DNA of 32,000 nucleotides from Nostoc sp. PCC 7120 = FACHB-418 (GTDB taxonomy: Bacteria; Cyanobacteriota; Cyanobacteriia; Cyanobacteriales; Nostocaceae): positions 4,170,001-4,202,000 of the forward strand of contig NC_003272.1 in assembly GCF_000009705.1 (NCBI RefSeq), read 5' to 3'. The notes under the pieces were generated by a model, which saw only the letters and a list, made by a program, of their open reading frames with translations, did not search any database and was not told the origin of the DNA. A program made the translations under genes and the position numbers. Positions 9,892 through 19,384 of the stretch are shown one piece after another; within the stretch, counting starts at the first letter, position 1, and every line of letters begins with the position of its first letter.

Positions 9892-10278
9892 ATAATTGAT
9901 TTAAATGAATAAGTATAGATTCTACATTGATACTAATGATACTAGTATATCTACCATATTAGTTAAATCACTCGTGAGGGGTTAGATTAAAGTGTATTTT
10001 GTCAATGAGCTAAAATACTCAAATTTATCTAAATAAAAATGATAATCATGCGGTGGGGGAGGGGAAGGAGGCAAGACACTCGCCTCATTCCCCTATTTTT
10101 GATTATCATTATCAGCAAAATTCTTAGCAGGTAAAATATGGAACGAAAAAGTATTGTAACAACACAATAACTTGGGAAAAATTGAACCACATTTTTAGGT
10201 AAATTTACCCTAAACAGACCCAATTTTTTGTTCAAATATGGTACATGGGTACCATTGTATTAAGTATCTTATAAACAC

Positions 10279-10316
10279 AAAAAACCCTTGCAAGGGTCAA
10301 CTCACAAGGGTTTTAA
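10279..10316 (-). terminator. Hairpin plus T-run immediately 3' of the tRNA-Gly fragment (native tRNA terminator)
   Basis: On the minus strand, cccttgtgagttgaCCCTTGCAAGGGtttttt contains the palindrome ACCCTTGCAAGGGT (10284-10297) followed by T6. Confidence 0.45.
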
Positions 10317-10322
10317 GATGAA

Positions 10323-10368
10323 AGCGGGCGGCGGGAATCGAACCCGCATTAATAGCTTGGAAGGCTAT
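10323..10368 (-). tRNA. Truncated tRNA-Gly(UCC): only the 3' 46 nt (anticodon arm to discriminator); non-functional, probably an att-site remnant
   Basis: The minus strand reads ATAGC-CTTCCAA-GCTAT-TAAT-GCGGG-TTCGATT-CCCGC-CGCCCGC-T. That gives a perfect 5-bp anticodon stem, a loop with U33 and anticodon UCC, a canonical T-arm, the 3' acceptor strand and U73. The sequence 5' of it (..aaaggattttat) has no D-arm and no 5' acceptor strand. Confidence 0.8.
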
Positions 10369-10807
10369 ATAAAATCCTTTATTTACAACAGTTTCAGCTT
10401 ATTTTTACAATTTCTACACCCAATTTACACCCAACAGAACAATATTAAAATTTCCTGACTTTCAGATTTTTAATCAAGACTATTGATTGACAAAAGTAAA
10501 TCAATGTGTGTTTGAAATATTGAAGAAAATAGAATTGAATTTAAGTGATCGCCAACTTTCTCATTTTTAGCGATCGCGTGGTTCTACTACCCTATTACAA
10601 ATGGCGTTAATACAACAAATTGGAGATTTTTGTGACTGCCACCACCTACAGTGGGCGCTCTGCGCCATTGCTACCCATAAACCTTCAAACCGACAATCAG
10701 GTAATGCTTGAGAAAGTATAAAAGAAAACTTTTATATCTCAGATATCCCTTGTAATAGTATTGAAGCATTATTTAGCAAGATAGCTCTGTATTTTCGGGG
10801 TGTCGTG

Positions 10808-13800
10808 ATGAGCTTAATTAACCTGGATCTAGTTATCAGCGCAGTTACTAGCATTGCCAATCCTGTGATTAAAGAAAAAATTCTGCGTAGTGAGACAGTA
10901 ATTAAGTTACTCCAGCAATTTAACCTTGATCCAGAGCATCCACCTGCGGATTTTAGCGGTGTTTACGCCTACACCTTAGTCGAGTACGGTGTTGGCAAAC
11001 CAAAAGCATTTCTGGAATTATTTCGACAAGAGGCAATTAAACAGGCTTTTCGCAAAGCATTAGATCATAATAACCCCTCAATTCTGCTGTCTGAGGTTGA
11101 TACTTTTCTTGATGCTTGTACTTTGGGTGATGAAATCAGAAGCTTAGAACTGGACGTGAGAAGAGAGGTAGCTGCATTTGCGACTGTGTTTATTGAAGTC
11201 GCCAAACGCAGTCGCACACCTGCTGATGTCTTGATGAATCAACAGATTGGTTCTTTGCATAAAAGGATTGCTGGTATTCAAGAACAACTGGAGAGATTGC
11301 CTACACTGGAAGGAATTCGGACAGAAATAGCACGATTAGCAGCCCAGAATTATCCAGCATTAACCCCAACTGCCACTGAAAATCAATGTAGAGCGATCGC
11401 CTTAGCCCAACAAATGCGAGGTTGGTTTGAAACCTTGGGCTACCGCCTAGAAAAATATGAAATCTGGGCAGAAGAATATTTTGAATGGATTATCAACGTT
11501 CCCGTCCGCCGCAGTTATGACCGCATTCTTGTACGTGGCGTTGCGGGAGAAGTGAGACTGAGTGATGTTATGGCGTTGTGTCAATCAGTTAATCAACAAA
11601 AAACTGATGAAGGCTGGTTAGTAAGTACCCGTCGCATTTCCCGCGCAGCCAGGGATGAAGTCAAGAAAGAAGAAAATCGTCACCTTGACTGCTTTACATT
11701 TGACGAACTGATTGATTTAGATGCTGACTTTAGTGGTTATCTTGATTGGTTAGAAGCGGAAATCAAACGCCGCAAGATTGATCAAAAATATGTACCCCTT
11801 GCTTGTACTAAAGAAGAAATTGATCCAGTAACTAAAAGGCGAATTGGTATCAGCCGTTATGAAGCAGAAGACGGTTGGATTGATGGTTACATCGACCTTT
11901 GGCTGGATGACCCTGCTAAAGAACATATTTCTATTTTGGGAGAATTCGGTACAGGTAAAACTTGGTTTGTCTTTCACTATGCTTGGACAGCACTCCAACG
12001 TTACAAAGATGCTCAAAGACGTGGTGTTGAACGTCCCCGTTTACCTTTAGTAATTACCCTGCGTGACTTTGCCAAGGCTTTAAATGTAGAAAATGTTTTG
12101 GCGGGTTTCTTCTTTACTCAACACAATATCCGCTTAAATAGCGAAGTTTTTGACCAACTCAACCGGATGGGTAAATTGCTGCTCATTTTCGATGGTTTTG
12201 ACGAAATGGCAGCAAAAGTTGACCGCCAACAGATGATTAACAATTTTTGGGAACTGGCAAAGGTAGTAGTTCCTGGTTCTAAAGTTATCCTCACCTGCCG
12301 TACTGAACATTTCCCAGAAGCGAAAGAGGGACGTGCTTTACTCAATGCAGAATTGCAAGCCTCTACAAACAAACTAACCGGGGAAACACCACAATTTGAA
12401 GTTTTGGAACTGGAGAAATTCAACGATGAACAAATACGGCAGGTTTTGTTATACCAAGCTGAAGAAGCTACAGTTGAACAAATCATGGGTAATTCGCAGT
12501 TATTAGACTTAGCCCGTCGTCCTGTGATGACTGATTTAATCTTAGAAGCATTGCCAGATATTGAGGCCGGTAAACCTATTGATATGTCACGGGTTTATCT
12601 GTATGCAGTGCGGCACAAGATGGAACGAGATATCAAAGCAGAACGTACTTTTAATTCCTTGGCAGATAAATTGTACTTTTTATGCGAACTATCTTGGGAG
12701 ATGCTGTCTACTGACCAAATGAGTCTGAATTATCGCTTGTTCCCAGAACGTATTCGTCGCTTATTTGGTTCTGTTGTGCAAGAAGAGAAAGATTTAGATC
12801 ACTGGCATTATGACATGATGGCGCAGACAATGCTTGTCCGTAATGCTGACGGGGATTACACTCCTGCCCATAGGTCGCTGTTAGAGTTTTTTGTGGCGTA
12901 TAAATTTGCCGCAGAATTAGGAGCGTTAGCTAGGGATTTTACAGAAGTAGGTCAGGCACAGTCAGGTTTGGATAGTAGTACAGCATCTATTGACTATACT
13001 TGGTCTGGTTATTTTTCACGTCAGTTAGACTCTACTGGTTGTAGAGAAGTAATTGCACCACTAAGGCAATTTAAAAGTGAATTTCTGGATAAGTTGAGAG
13101 AAACTTTTGGTAAAGCAAAACTTACCAAAGCAGTGATAGATCTGTTGTTGCCAATGTTAGATGATAACGAGCCTCTTATTAAAATTATTGAGGCAACGCG
13201 AGGGAGAACTGAGGATGAAGTAAATTATGTTGGCGGAAATGCAGCTACGTTGCTAGTAAAGTTGAACAAGATGGTATTAGAGGGGAGAGACCTTTCTCAT
13301 ACTGTAATTATAGGTGCGGATTTTACTAATACCAGTTTGCGGTGTGTTAATTTTACAGAGGCGAATCTAGCTTATTCTGTTTTTACGAAAATCTTAGGTA
13401 GTGTTTTGACTGTAGCATTTAGTCCAGATGGTAAACTTTTTGCTACGGGCGATAGTGGGGGCATAGTTCGCTTTTGGGAAGCGGCTACTGGGAAAGAACT
13501 TTTGACTTGTAAAGGACACAACAGTTGGGTAAATTCTGTTGGCTTTAGTCAAGATGGAAAGATGCTTGCCAGTGGTAGTGACGACCAGACAGTACGGCTA
13601 TGGGATATCAGCAGTGGTCAATGCCTTAAGACATTTAAGGGTCACACCAGTAGAGTACGTTCTGTAGTGTTCAGTCCAAATAGTTTAATGCTGGCCAGTG
13701 GTAGTTCTGACCAGACAGTGCGACTATGGGATATCAGCAGTGGTGAATGCCTTTATATCTTTCAAGGTCACACTGGCTGGGTATATTCTGTGGCCTTCAA

Positions 13801-15385
13801 TTTAGATGGGTCAATGCTTGCTACTGGTAGTGGTGACCAAACAGTACGTTTATGGGATATCAGCAGTAGCCAATGCTTTTACATTTTTCAGGGACATACC
13901 AGTTGCGTACGTTCCGTAGTATTTAGTTCAGATGGAGCAATGCTTGCCAGTGGTAGTGACGACCAGACAGTACGGCTATGGGATATCAGTAGTGGCAACT
14001 GCCTTTACACTTTGCAGGGACACACTAGTTGCGTACGTTCAGTAGTATTTAGCCCAGATGGAGCGATGCTTGCCAGTGGTGGTGACGACCAGATCGTGCG
14101 CTTATGGGATATCAGCAGTGGCAACTGCCTTTACACTTTACAGGGATACACCAGTTGGGTACGTTTTTTAGTCTTCAGTCCAAATGGGGTGACGCTTGCC
14201 AATGGTAGTTCTGACCAAATAGTGCGATTATGGGATATTAGCAGTAAGAAATGCCTTTATACCTTACAAGGTCACACTAATTGGGTAAATGCCGTCGCCT
14301 TCAGCCCAGATGGGGCGACTCTTGCGAGTGGTAGTGGTGACCAAACAGTGCGGCTATGGGATATCAGCAGTAGCAAGTGCCTTTACATCTTGCAGGGTCA
14401 CACAAGTTGGGTAAATTCTGTCGTCTTCAATCCAGATGGATCAACGCTTGCAAGTGGCAGTTCTGACCAAACAGTGCGGCTATGGGAGATCAACAGTAGC
14501 AAATGCCTTTGCACCTTCCAGGGTCACACAAGTTGGGTAAATTCCGTCGTCTTTAATCCAGATGGGTCAATGCTTGCTAGTGGGAGTTCTGATAAAACAG
14601 TGCGGCTATGGGATATCAGCAGTAGCAAATGCCTTCACACCTTCCAGGGACACACCAATTGGGTAAATTCCGTCGCCTTTAATCCAGATGGGTCAATGCT
14701 TGCTAGTGGTAGTGGTGACCAAACAGTGCGGTTATGGGAGATTAGCAGTAGCAAATGCCTTCACACCTTCCAGGGACATACCAGTTGGGTGAGTTCTGTT
14801 ACCTTCAGTCCAGATGGAACAATGCTTGCCAGTGGTAGTGACGACCAGACAGTACGGCTATGGAGTATCAGTAGTGGTGAATGTCTTTATACTTTCTTGG
14901 GACATACTAATTGGGTAGGTTCCGTCATCTTTAGTCCAGATGGAGCAATACTTGCCAGTGGTAGTGGTGACCAAACAGTGCGCCTATGGAGTATCAGCAG
15001 TGGGAAATGCCTCTACACCTTGCAGGGTCACAATAATTGGGTAGGCTCCATTGTCTTTAGTCCAGATGGAACATTACTTGCCAGTGGTAGTGACGACCAA
15101 ACAGTGCGGCTATGGAATATTAGCAGTGGAGAATGCCTCTACACTTTGCATGGACACATCAATTCGGTACGTTCTGTAGCTTTTAGTTCAGATGGGTTAA
15201 TCCTTGCTAGCGGTAGCGATGATGAGACAATTAAGCTTTGGGATGTTAAGACGGGTGAGTGTATAAAAACTTTGAAAAGTGAAAAAATTTATGAGGGTAT
15301 GAATATTACTTCCGTTAGAGGTTTAACAGAAGTGGAGAAAGCTACTCTCAAAACACTAGGCGCAGTGGAAAACAGGGAAATATAA
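10808..15385 (+). CDS. STAND NTPase: N-terminal helical domain, degenerate Mrr-like restriction-endonuclease-fold region, NACHT, pentapeptide repeats and 15 WD40 repeats; NLR-like
   Basis: The ORF opens at GTG 10805, and ATG 10808 is the likelier start. The Walker A motif GEFGTGKTW is encoded around 11938-11965, and Walker B is [47 protein letters not shown] is pentapeptide-like. It is followed by 15 x 42-aa WD40 units ([28 protein letters not shown]) and the typical cyanobacterial tail YEGMNIT..GLT...LKTLGAVE. Confidence 0.9.
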   Translation: MSLINLDLVISAVTSIANPVIKEKILRSETVIKLLQQFNLDPEHPPADFSGVYAYTLVEYGVGKPKAFLELFRQEAIKQAFRKALDHNNPSILLSEVDTFLDACTLGDEIRSLELDVRREVAAFATVFIEVAKRSRTPADVLMNQQIGSLHKRIAGIQEQLERLPTLEGIRTEIARLAAQNYPALTPTATENQCRAIALAQQMRGWFETLGYRLEKYEIWAEEYFEWIINVPVRRSYDRILVRGVAGEVRLSDVMALCQSVNQQKTDEGWLVSTRRISRAARDEVKKEENRHLDCFTFDELIDLDADFSGYLDWLEAEIKRRKIDQKYVPLACTKEEIDPVTKRRIGISRYEAEDGWIDGYIDLWLDDPAKEHISILGEFGTGKTWFVFHYAWTALQRYKDAQRRGVERPRLPLVITLRDFAKALNVENVLAGFFFTQHNIRLNSEVFDQLNRMGKLLLIFDGFDEMAAKVDRQQMINNFWELAKVVVPGSKVILTCRTEHFPEAKEGRALLNAELQASTNKLTGETPQFEVLELEKFNDEQIRQVLLYQAEEATVEQIMGNSQLLDLARRPVMTDLILEALPDIEAGKPIDMSRVYLYAVRHKMERDIKAERTFNSLADKLYFLCELSWEMLSTDQMSLNYRLFPERIRRLFGSVVQEEKDLDHWHYDMMAQTMLVRNADGDYTPAHRSLLEFFVAYKFAAELGALARDFTEVGQAQSGLDSSTASIDYTWSGYFSRQLDSTGCREVIAPLRQFKSEFLDKLRETFGKAKLTKAVIDLLLPMLDDNEPLIKIIEATRGRTEDEVNYVGGNAATLLVKLNKMVLEGRDLSHTVIIGADFTNTSLRCVNFTEANLAYSVFTKILGSVLTVAFSPDGKLFATGDSGGIVRFWEAATGKELLTCKGHNSWVNSVGFSQDGKMLASGSDDQTVRLWDISSGQCLKTFKGHTSRVRSVVFSPNSLMLASGSSDQTVRLWDISSGECLYIFQGHTGWVYSVAFNLDGSMLATGSGDQTVRLWDISSSQCFYIFQGHTSCVRSVVFSSDGAMLASGSDDQTVRLWDISSGNCLYTLQGHTSCVRSVVFSPDGAMLASGGDDQIVRLWDISSGNCLYTLQGYTSWVRFLVFSPNGVTLANGSSDQIVRLWDISSKKCLYTLQGHTNWVNAVAFSPDGATLASGSGDQTVRLWDISSSKCLYILQGHTSWVNSVVFNPDGSTLASGSSDQTVRLWEINSSKCLCTFQGHTSWVNSVVFNPDGSMLASGSSDKTVRLWDISSSKCLHTFQGHTNWVNSVAFNPDGSMLASGSGDQTVRLWEISSSKCLHTFQGHTSWVSSVTFSPDGTMLASGSDDQTVRLWSISSGECLYTFLGHTNWVGSVIFSPDGAILASGSGDQTVRLWSISSGKCLYTLQGHNNWVGSIVFSPDGTLLASGSDDQTVRLWNISSGECLYTLHGHINSVRSVAFSSDGLILASGSDDETIKLWDVKTGECIKTLKSEKIYEGMNITSVRGLTEVEKATLKTLGAVENREI
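13400..15286. repeat. Tandem array of 15 x 126-bp units encoding the WD40 blades
   Basis: Direct reading shows long stretches shared between units (e.g. gaccaaacagtgcggctatgggatatcagcagtagcaa(a/g)tgcctt recurs). Differences cluster at a few codons per unit. Confidence 0.9.
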
Positions 15386-15519
15386 ATTAATTTATGATGT
15401 AAAAATAAACTAAATCAATTAATCCGTGACCAAAAAAACACCACTAGTGTAGAATGTTCGTTCCACCCTCACAATCTAGTCTGACAGCGATATTTTGGTA
15501 ATCGCCCACACCTTCCTGA

Positions 15520-15632
15520 CACTGGAATAGTAAAAGAGATCGCCCATATGAACGTATGAATATTAAAGGGTTAAGGGTTTAACCTCATCTGAAATCGCTA
15601 CCATCAAAGCACTTGGCGCAGTTGAGGAATAA
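15520..15632 (+). pseudogene. Relic of the C-terminal tail of a second (paralogous) WD40/NACHT-type protein
   Basis: Two frames together read ..KRDRPYERMNI / (1-nt frame shift, in-frame TAA) / RVKGLTSSEIATIKALGAVEE*. This parallels the tail of the intact upstream gene (..[33 protein letters not shown]). Confidence 0.6.
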
Positions 15633-15692
15633 AAAATGTAAAAATAAGAGTAAACAAATTGCCAATTTATAATCATCAAATTTCCGCAATAT

Positions 15693-15956
15693 ATGGAAAT
15701 AACCAAAATATCAAATGAAGGACAAGTGATTCTTCCTGAAGAATTACTAAAAGCCTCTGGCTGGGAAATCGGACAGGAATTAATAGCAATTAATATGGGT
15801 GATGGGATTCTTATCAAACCCAAGAAGCCCTTTGCAGAAACTACATTAAATGATGTTGCAGGCTGCTTAAAATATCAAGGTGCACCCAAATCTTTAGAAG
15901 ATATGAATGATGCCATCCGTCAAGGTATTGAGGAATCATGGCATGGTTGCAGTTGA
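15693..15956 (+). CDS. vapB: AbrB/MazE/SpoVT-fold type II antitoxin (VapB-like)
   Basis: 87 aa. MEITKISNEGQVILPEELLKASGWEIGQELIAINMGDGILIKP is a typical SpoVT-AbrB swapped-hairpin motif. It overlaps the start of a PIN remnant. Confidence 0.75.
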   Translation: MEITKISNEGQVILPEELLKASGWEIGQELIAINMGDGILIKPKKPFAETTLNDVAGCLKYQGAPKSLEDMNDAIRQGIEESWHGCS

Positions 15957-15999
15957 TACTAATATAATTGTGCGTCTATTGACTCAGAAAAAAACCTAG
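15943..15999 (+). pseudogene. Truncated PIN-domain (VapC) toxin remnant, 18 codons
   Basis: ATG 15943 overlaps the antitoxin 3' end and reads MVAVDTNIIVRLLTQKKT*. The xVDTNIxVRLL start is the canonical first acidic motif of PIN toxins. The rest is replaced by a HIP1-dense spacer. Confidence 0.55.
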
Positions 16000-16152
16000 C
16001 TTCAAAATATTTGATTAGGCGATCGCCCACTTTTTCCCTTACATTAATTTGGTAAGAGCGATCGCATGACCAATTCTGACACATTTCTAATGTGCGATCG
16101 CCATAACAACTCTATGCCAGGATATGAATATCCTTGTTATTAACAACTATAT

Positions 16153-16404
16153 ATGTACAGCCTAGAAATCCCAGAAGGTCAAGCTGAATTTGCTGAACTA
16201 CTCCGTCGAGTGCGAGACGGAGAAGAAGTGATTATTTCTCAAGCAGGCACTCCTATCGCGCGTATAGTCCCAATTGCGGAACAGAAATTACCTCGAATTC
16301 CAGGTTTAGACCGTGGTCAGGTAACAATTTCCCCAGACTTTGATGCTCCCCTCCCCGACGAGGTGCTAAATGCTTTTATCAACCCAACAGACGCAGAAGC
16401 ATGA
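16153..16404 (+). CDS. Phd/YefM-family type II antitoxin
   Basis: 83 aa. It contains ..AEFAELLRRVRDGEEVIISQAGTPIARIVPI.. and a C-terminal DFDAPLPDEVLNAF motif. It overlaps the downstream PIN gene by 4 nt (ATGA). Confidence 0.8.
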   Translation: MYSLEIPEGQAEFAELLRRVRDGEEVIISQAGTPIARIVPIAEQKLPRIPGLDRGQVTISPDFDAPLPDEVLNAFINPTDAEA

Positions 16405-16787
16405 GAGCATTACTTGATACCCATACGTTTATTTGGTGGGTTATTGACGATAACCGACTCTCATCTACAGCTAGAAATATAATTGCTGACCCAGGGAATA
16501 ACTTATTTTTTAGTGCTGCAAGCGCATGGGAAATTGTAATTAAAGTTCGTTTGGGTAAATTAAATTTACCAGAACCACCAGAAACTTACATTCCCAATCG
16601 GTTGACTATAAATCGATTTGAAAGTTTGCCTATTCAAATGAATCACGCTTTACAAGTCGTTAATCTACCTGCTTTACATCAAGACCCTTTTGACCGAATA
16701 ATTATCGCTCAAAGTCAAGTGGAAAAAATGCCCATAATTACTGTAGATAATAAAATCACACAGTATCCTGTTGATGTAATTTGGTAG
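16401..16787 (+). CDS. vapC: PIN-domain toxin (VapC family)
   Basis: 128 aa. It has LLDTHTFIWW (first Asp), SAASAWEIVIK and DPFDRIIIAQ, and is translationally coupled to the antitoxin. Confidence 0.85.
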   Translation: MRALLDTHTFIWWVIDDNRLSSTARNIIADPGNNLFFSAASAWEIVIKVRLGKLNLPEPPETYIPNRLTINRFESLPIQMNHALQVVNLPALHQDPFDRIIIAQSQVEKMPIITVDNKITQYPVDVIW

Positions 16788-16855
16788 CCAAATTAAAGAT
16801 GAATAAAACTCAATCAGTGGCAGAAAGGAAAGGATAGCCCATCGCCGCAGTCAAG

Positions 16856-17041
16856 CTATTCTTCATCGTCTCCCTCTTCACCATACTGTGCTGGTGGTTC
16901 GCCATGATATTCAAGAATCTTGGGCTTTTTCATTTTGACATTGGCAGGCTCAATCTTTTCTAGCTGCAAATCAAACTCCCACTCATCCAGTAAATCAAAG
17001 GTAAATTGCAGATGATTTCTCAGGAATAGTCGTTTAATCAT
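16856..17041 (-). CDS. Small ORF, possibly a gene fragment (acidic C-terminus)
   Basis: 61 aa. DEWEFDLQLEKIEP...PKILEYHGEPPAQYGEE is faintly reminiscent of the C-terminal part of pRiA4b-ORF3-like proteins, but it is far too short to be a full domain. Confidence 0.25.
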   Translation of the reverse strand: MIKRLFLRNHLQFTFDLLDEWEFDLQLEKIEPANVKMKKPKILEYHGEPPAQYGEEGDDEE

Positions 17042-17145
17042 CTCAATGAAAATCTAATTGTGTTGTTGGTTTTTAAATGTGAGCTACTAGCAGGAAGTGG
17101 GAATACTTATTCATAAGGCTATTTAATATATTCTCATGGCTCAGT

Positions 17146-19311
17146 ATGATTCCACAAACTCTTGAAGAAGTCGTCTCAGATATTCTCAATCAATTTTTTC
17201 AGAACAAAGGTATAGGTGCTACTGCTACTTCTAGGAACACGTTACTTAAAATTATTTTAGAGTCTGCTGAAATTCCAGAGCCAGAAAGTACAACAGCACT
17301 CATTTTAGACGAAGTTTCTAGGTTAAAAACAACATCATGTAAAAAAATTAAGATACTTGCAAAGCAGAAAAATACTTTTGATGTTGCTTGGTGTCGAGCA
17401 TTTGATATCAAATCTCAGGCTGAACCTATAATAACTGAGCCAGAATTAGAAACAGAAAACCATAGCTCAAATCGGATATCTAATGATGAATTTCAGCAGG
17501 CTCTGGAAGAATCTACGAAGACTGCTAAGAATGCTTATCAAAAAACTTTCAATTACTATAAAGAAATCGAGGCAATTTTAAACAATCTTAACCTTGATTT
17601 AGATAAAAGCGTATTTCATTTATTAAAACAAAAAGATGCTAATAACTTCGACTTTGCACAGGTTTTGAAAAAAATAGCAGGTGAGATTGAAAGCCATGCT
17701 AGTGAAGGGCTTCAAGAACTAAAGAAATCCTTAGAAGCAAAAAGGCAACATTTAGCAGATTTTACGGTTGTTTTATTTGGTAGAACTAAAGCTGGAAAAA
17801 GTACTATTCGTGAAGCTTTAACCCGTGGCGATGGCAGTACAATTGGCACAGGTTCACAACGAACAACTAGAGATGTCAGAGAATATAAATGGAAAGGATT
17901 ACGCTTAATAGATACACCAGGCATTGAAGCTTATCAAGGAGACGAAGATAAACAAAAAGCTGTAGAAATCGTACATGAATCTGACATAGTTATCTTTCTT
18001 ACTAGTGATGACTCTGTTCAGCCCGGTGAATTTAATGCTATGGCTTGGCTGCAAGAAATCAAAAAATACTTTTTTGTAATTCTTAATATTAAGTATGATA
18101 TTGATAATCCAAAACGCCTGGAAAGGTTTATTAAAAATCCCGAAAAAATCTTTGATTCACAAAGGTTAGATGAACACAAACGTCATATTCGTAATTATAT
18201 TCATCACAGTTTAGGCATGGAAGAAGTAGCAATTATTTGTATTCATGCTTATGCAGCATTTCTAAGCAATCAGCCTCAATATAGTAATGTTGCTAATAAA
18301 CTTTGGGAATTAAGCCGGATAGAAGAAATTTATAGTTTAATCGTATCAGAAATCTACGCAAGAGGAAAACAAAGACGCTGGAATACCTTTTTTGATGCAA
18401 TCATATATTTCCTCGATGTAATCATAAAGATGTTAGAAAGGCATAAAGAATCTCTAGTGTCTCAGGCAGATTTTATGCAAGATAAGCGATCAGAGATTGA
18501 AGGTGTTTTTCAAGAGAGTGTTAAAAACGGAAAAATTAAAATTCAAAGATCATGTAAAAATTCATTTAGCAGAATCAAACAATGGATTCCTAACTTTGTT
18601 GATGAATATCTAGGGAAAGACATTGCTCAGTCTGAGTATCAAAAGCGTATGAATAAAGAAAAACAAAAAATTGAAACTGCTATGGAGAACTTATTTGAAG
18701 AGATAGTCCAGGAATTAGTGGCTGCTTTAAAGGAGTTTCAAAGGCAATATCAATATGATATGGGAACTATTAAATTAGAATCTACTGATTTTGGAAACTA
18801 TCAACAATGGCAAACTGGAAAAATTATGAAGTGGGTAGGTGTTGGGTTAAGTACAACCTCTGCTGTTGCTTTTGGTATCGGTGCTTTTGCAGCAGCTAAT
18901 TTTTGGAATCCTGTAGGATGGATAGCTGGTGTGACATCTATCGTCGTTGGAATTGTCAGTTGGTTCTTTGGTGAGCAAGATAAAAAATTATGGCAAAAAG
19001 CTAAACAAGAAGCTAAAGAAAATCTTTGGAAGAGCTTGGATCAATCAGAGCAAGAAACTTGCAAAAATTACCAAAAATTACTAGATACAAATATTGCTGT
19101 TAGGGCTAAAACTGAAGTGCTGGAACAGGTGGATATTTATATTAAAGGAATTCTAATCATTGTGGATGATATAAAAAAAGCAATTTCACAACTTGAGAAA
19201 ATCAAAAAAGAAATGAAGCGAGAGTCAGATTATACAGGAGTAAGGGATAGATTGCCAAATCCAAGAAATTTCAAGGGTAATTCGTCAGTTATAGCTGATG
19301 AATTATTGTAG
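17146..19311 (+). CDS. Dynamin-like / TRAFAC-class GTPase with a C-terminal transmembrane hairpin ('paddle'), 721 aa
   Basis: The G1 motif FGRTKAGKST is encoded around 17779-17805. G3 is LIDTPG and the G4-like motif is LNIKYD. There are long helical regions and the hydrophobic hairpin WVGVGLSTTSAVAFGIGAFAAANFWNPVGWIAGVTSIVVGIVSWFF (around 18832-18972), followed by a helical tail. This is the domain order of BDLP/DynA/LeoA-type proteins. Confidence 0.8.
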   Translation: MIPQTLEEVVSDILNQFFQNKGIGATATSRNTLLKIILESAEIPEPESTTALILDEVSRLKTTSCKKIKILAKQKNTFDVAWCRAFDIKSQAEPIITEPELETENHSSNRISNDEFQQALEESTKTAKNAYQKTFNYYKEIEAILNNLNLDLDKSVFHLLKQKDANNFDFAQVLKKIAGEIESHASEGLQELKKSLEAKRQHLADFTVVLFGRTKAGKSTIREALTRGDGSTIGTGSQRTTRDVREYKWKGLRLIDTPGIEAYQGDEDKQKAVEIVHESDIVIFLTSDDSVQPGEFNAMAWLQEIKKYFFVILNIKYDIDNPKRLERFIKNPEKIFDSQRLDEHKRHIRNYIHHSLGMEEVAIICIHAYAAFLSNQPQYSNVANKLWELSRIEEIYSLIVSEIYARGKQRRWNTFFDAIIYFLDVIIKMLERHKESLVSQADFMQDKRSEIEGVFQESVKNGKIKIQRSCKNSFSRIKQWIPNFVDEYLGKDIAQSEYQKRMNKEKQKIETAMENLFEEIVQELVAALKEFQRQYQYDMGTIKLESTDFGNYQQWQTGKIMKWVGVGLSTTSAVAFGIGAFAAANFWNPVGWIAGVTSIVVGIVSWFFGEQDKKLWQKAKQEAKENLWKSLDQSEQETCKNYQKLLDTNIAVRAKTEVLEQVDIYIKGILIIVDDIKKAISQLEKIKKEMKRESDYTGVRDRLPNPRNFKGNSSVIADELL

Positions 19312-19384
19312 TTATTTGTCTTGTCTTTAAATCACACTTAAGTGTTTGCATATTTTTTTTAGAAAGCAGTAGAGGTAGTGAGAA

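Noticed and set aside
10029-10235. 68-aa minus-strand ORF upstream of the NACHT-HEAT gene
   Set aside because: It has low-complexity, Ile/Phe/Leu-rich AT-driven sequence in an intergenic region and no recognisable motif.
10323-10420. A full-length tRNA-Gly gene
   Set aside because: Only the 3' 46 nt fold correctly. The 50 nt upstream on the tRNA strand (..ctgttgtaaataaaggattttat) cannot form a D-arm or pair with the CGCCCGC acceptor strand. There is no sign of a group I intron either, since the anticodon stem is complete.
11750-12486. Minus- and plus-strand ORFs (11750..12016, 11844..12050, 12118..12486) inside the NACHT-WD40 gene
   Set aside because: They lie within a long ORF that has clear NACHT motifs in frame. 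They are shadow frames.
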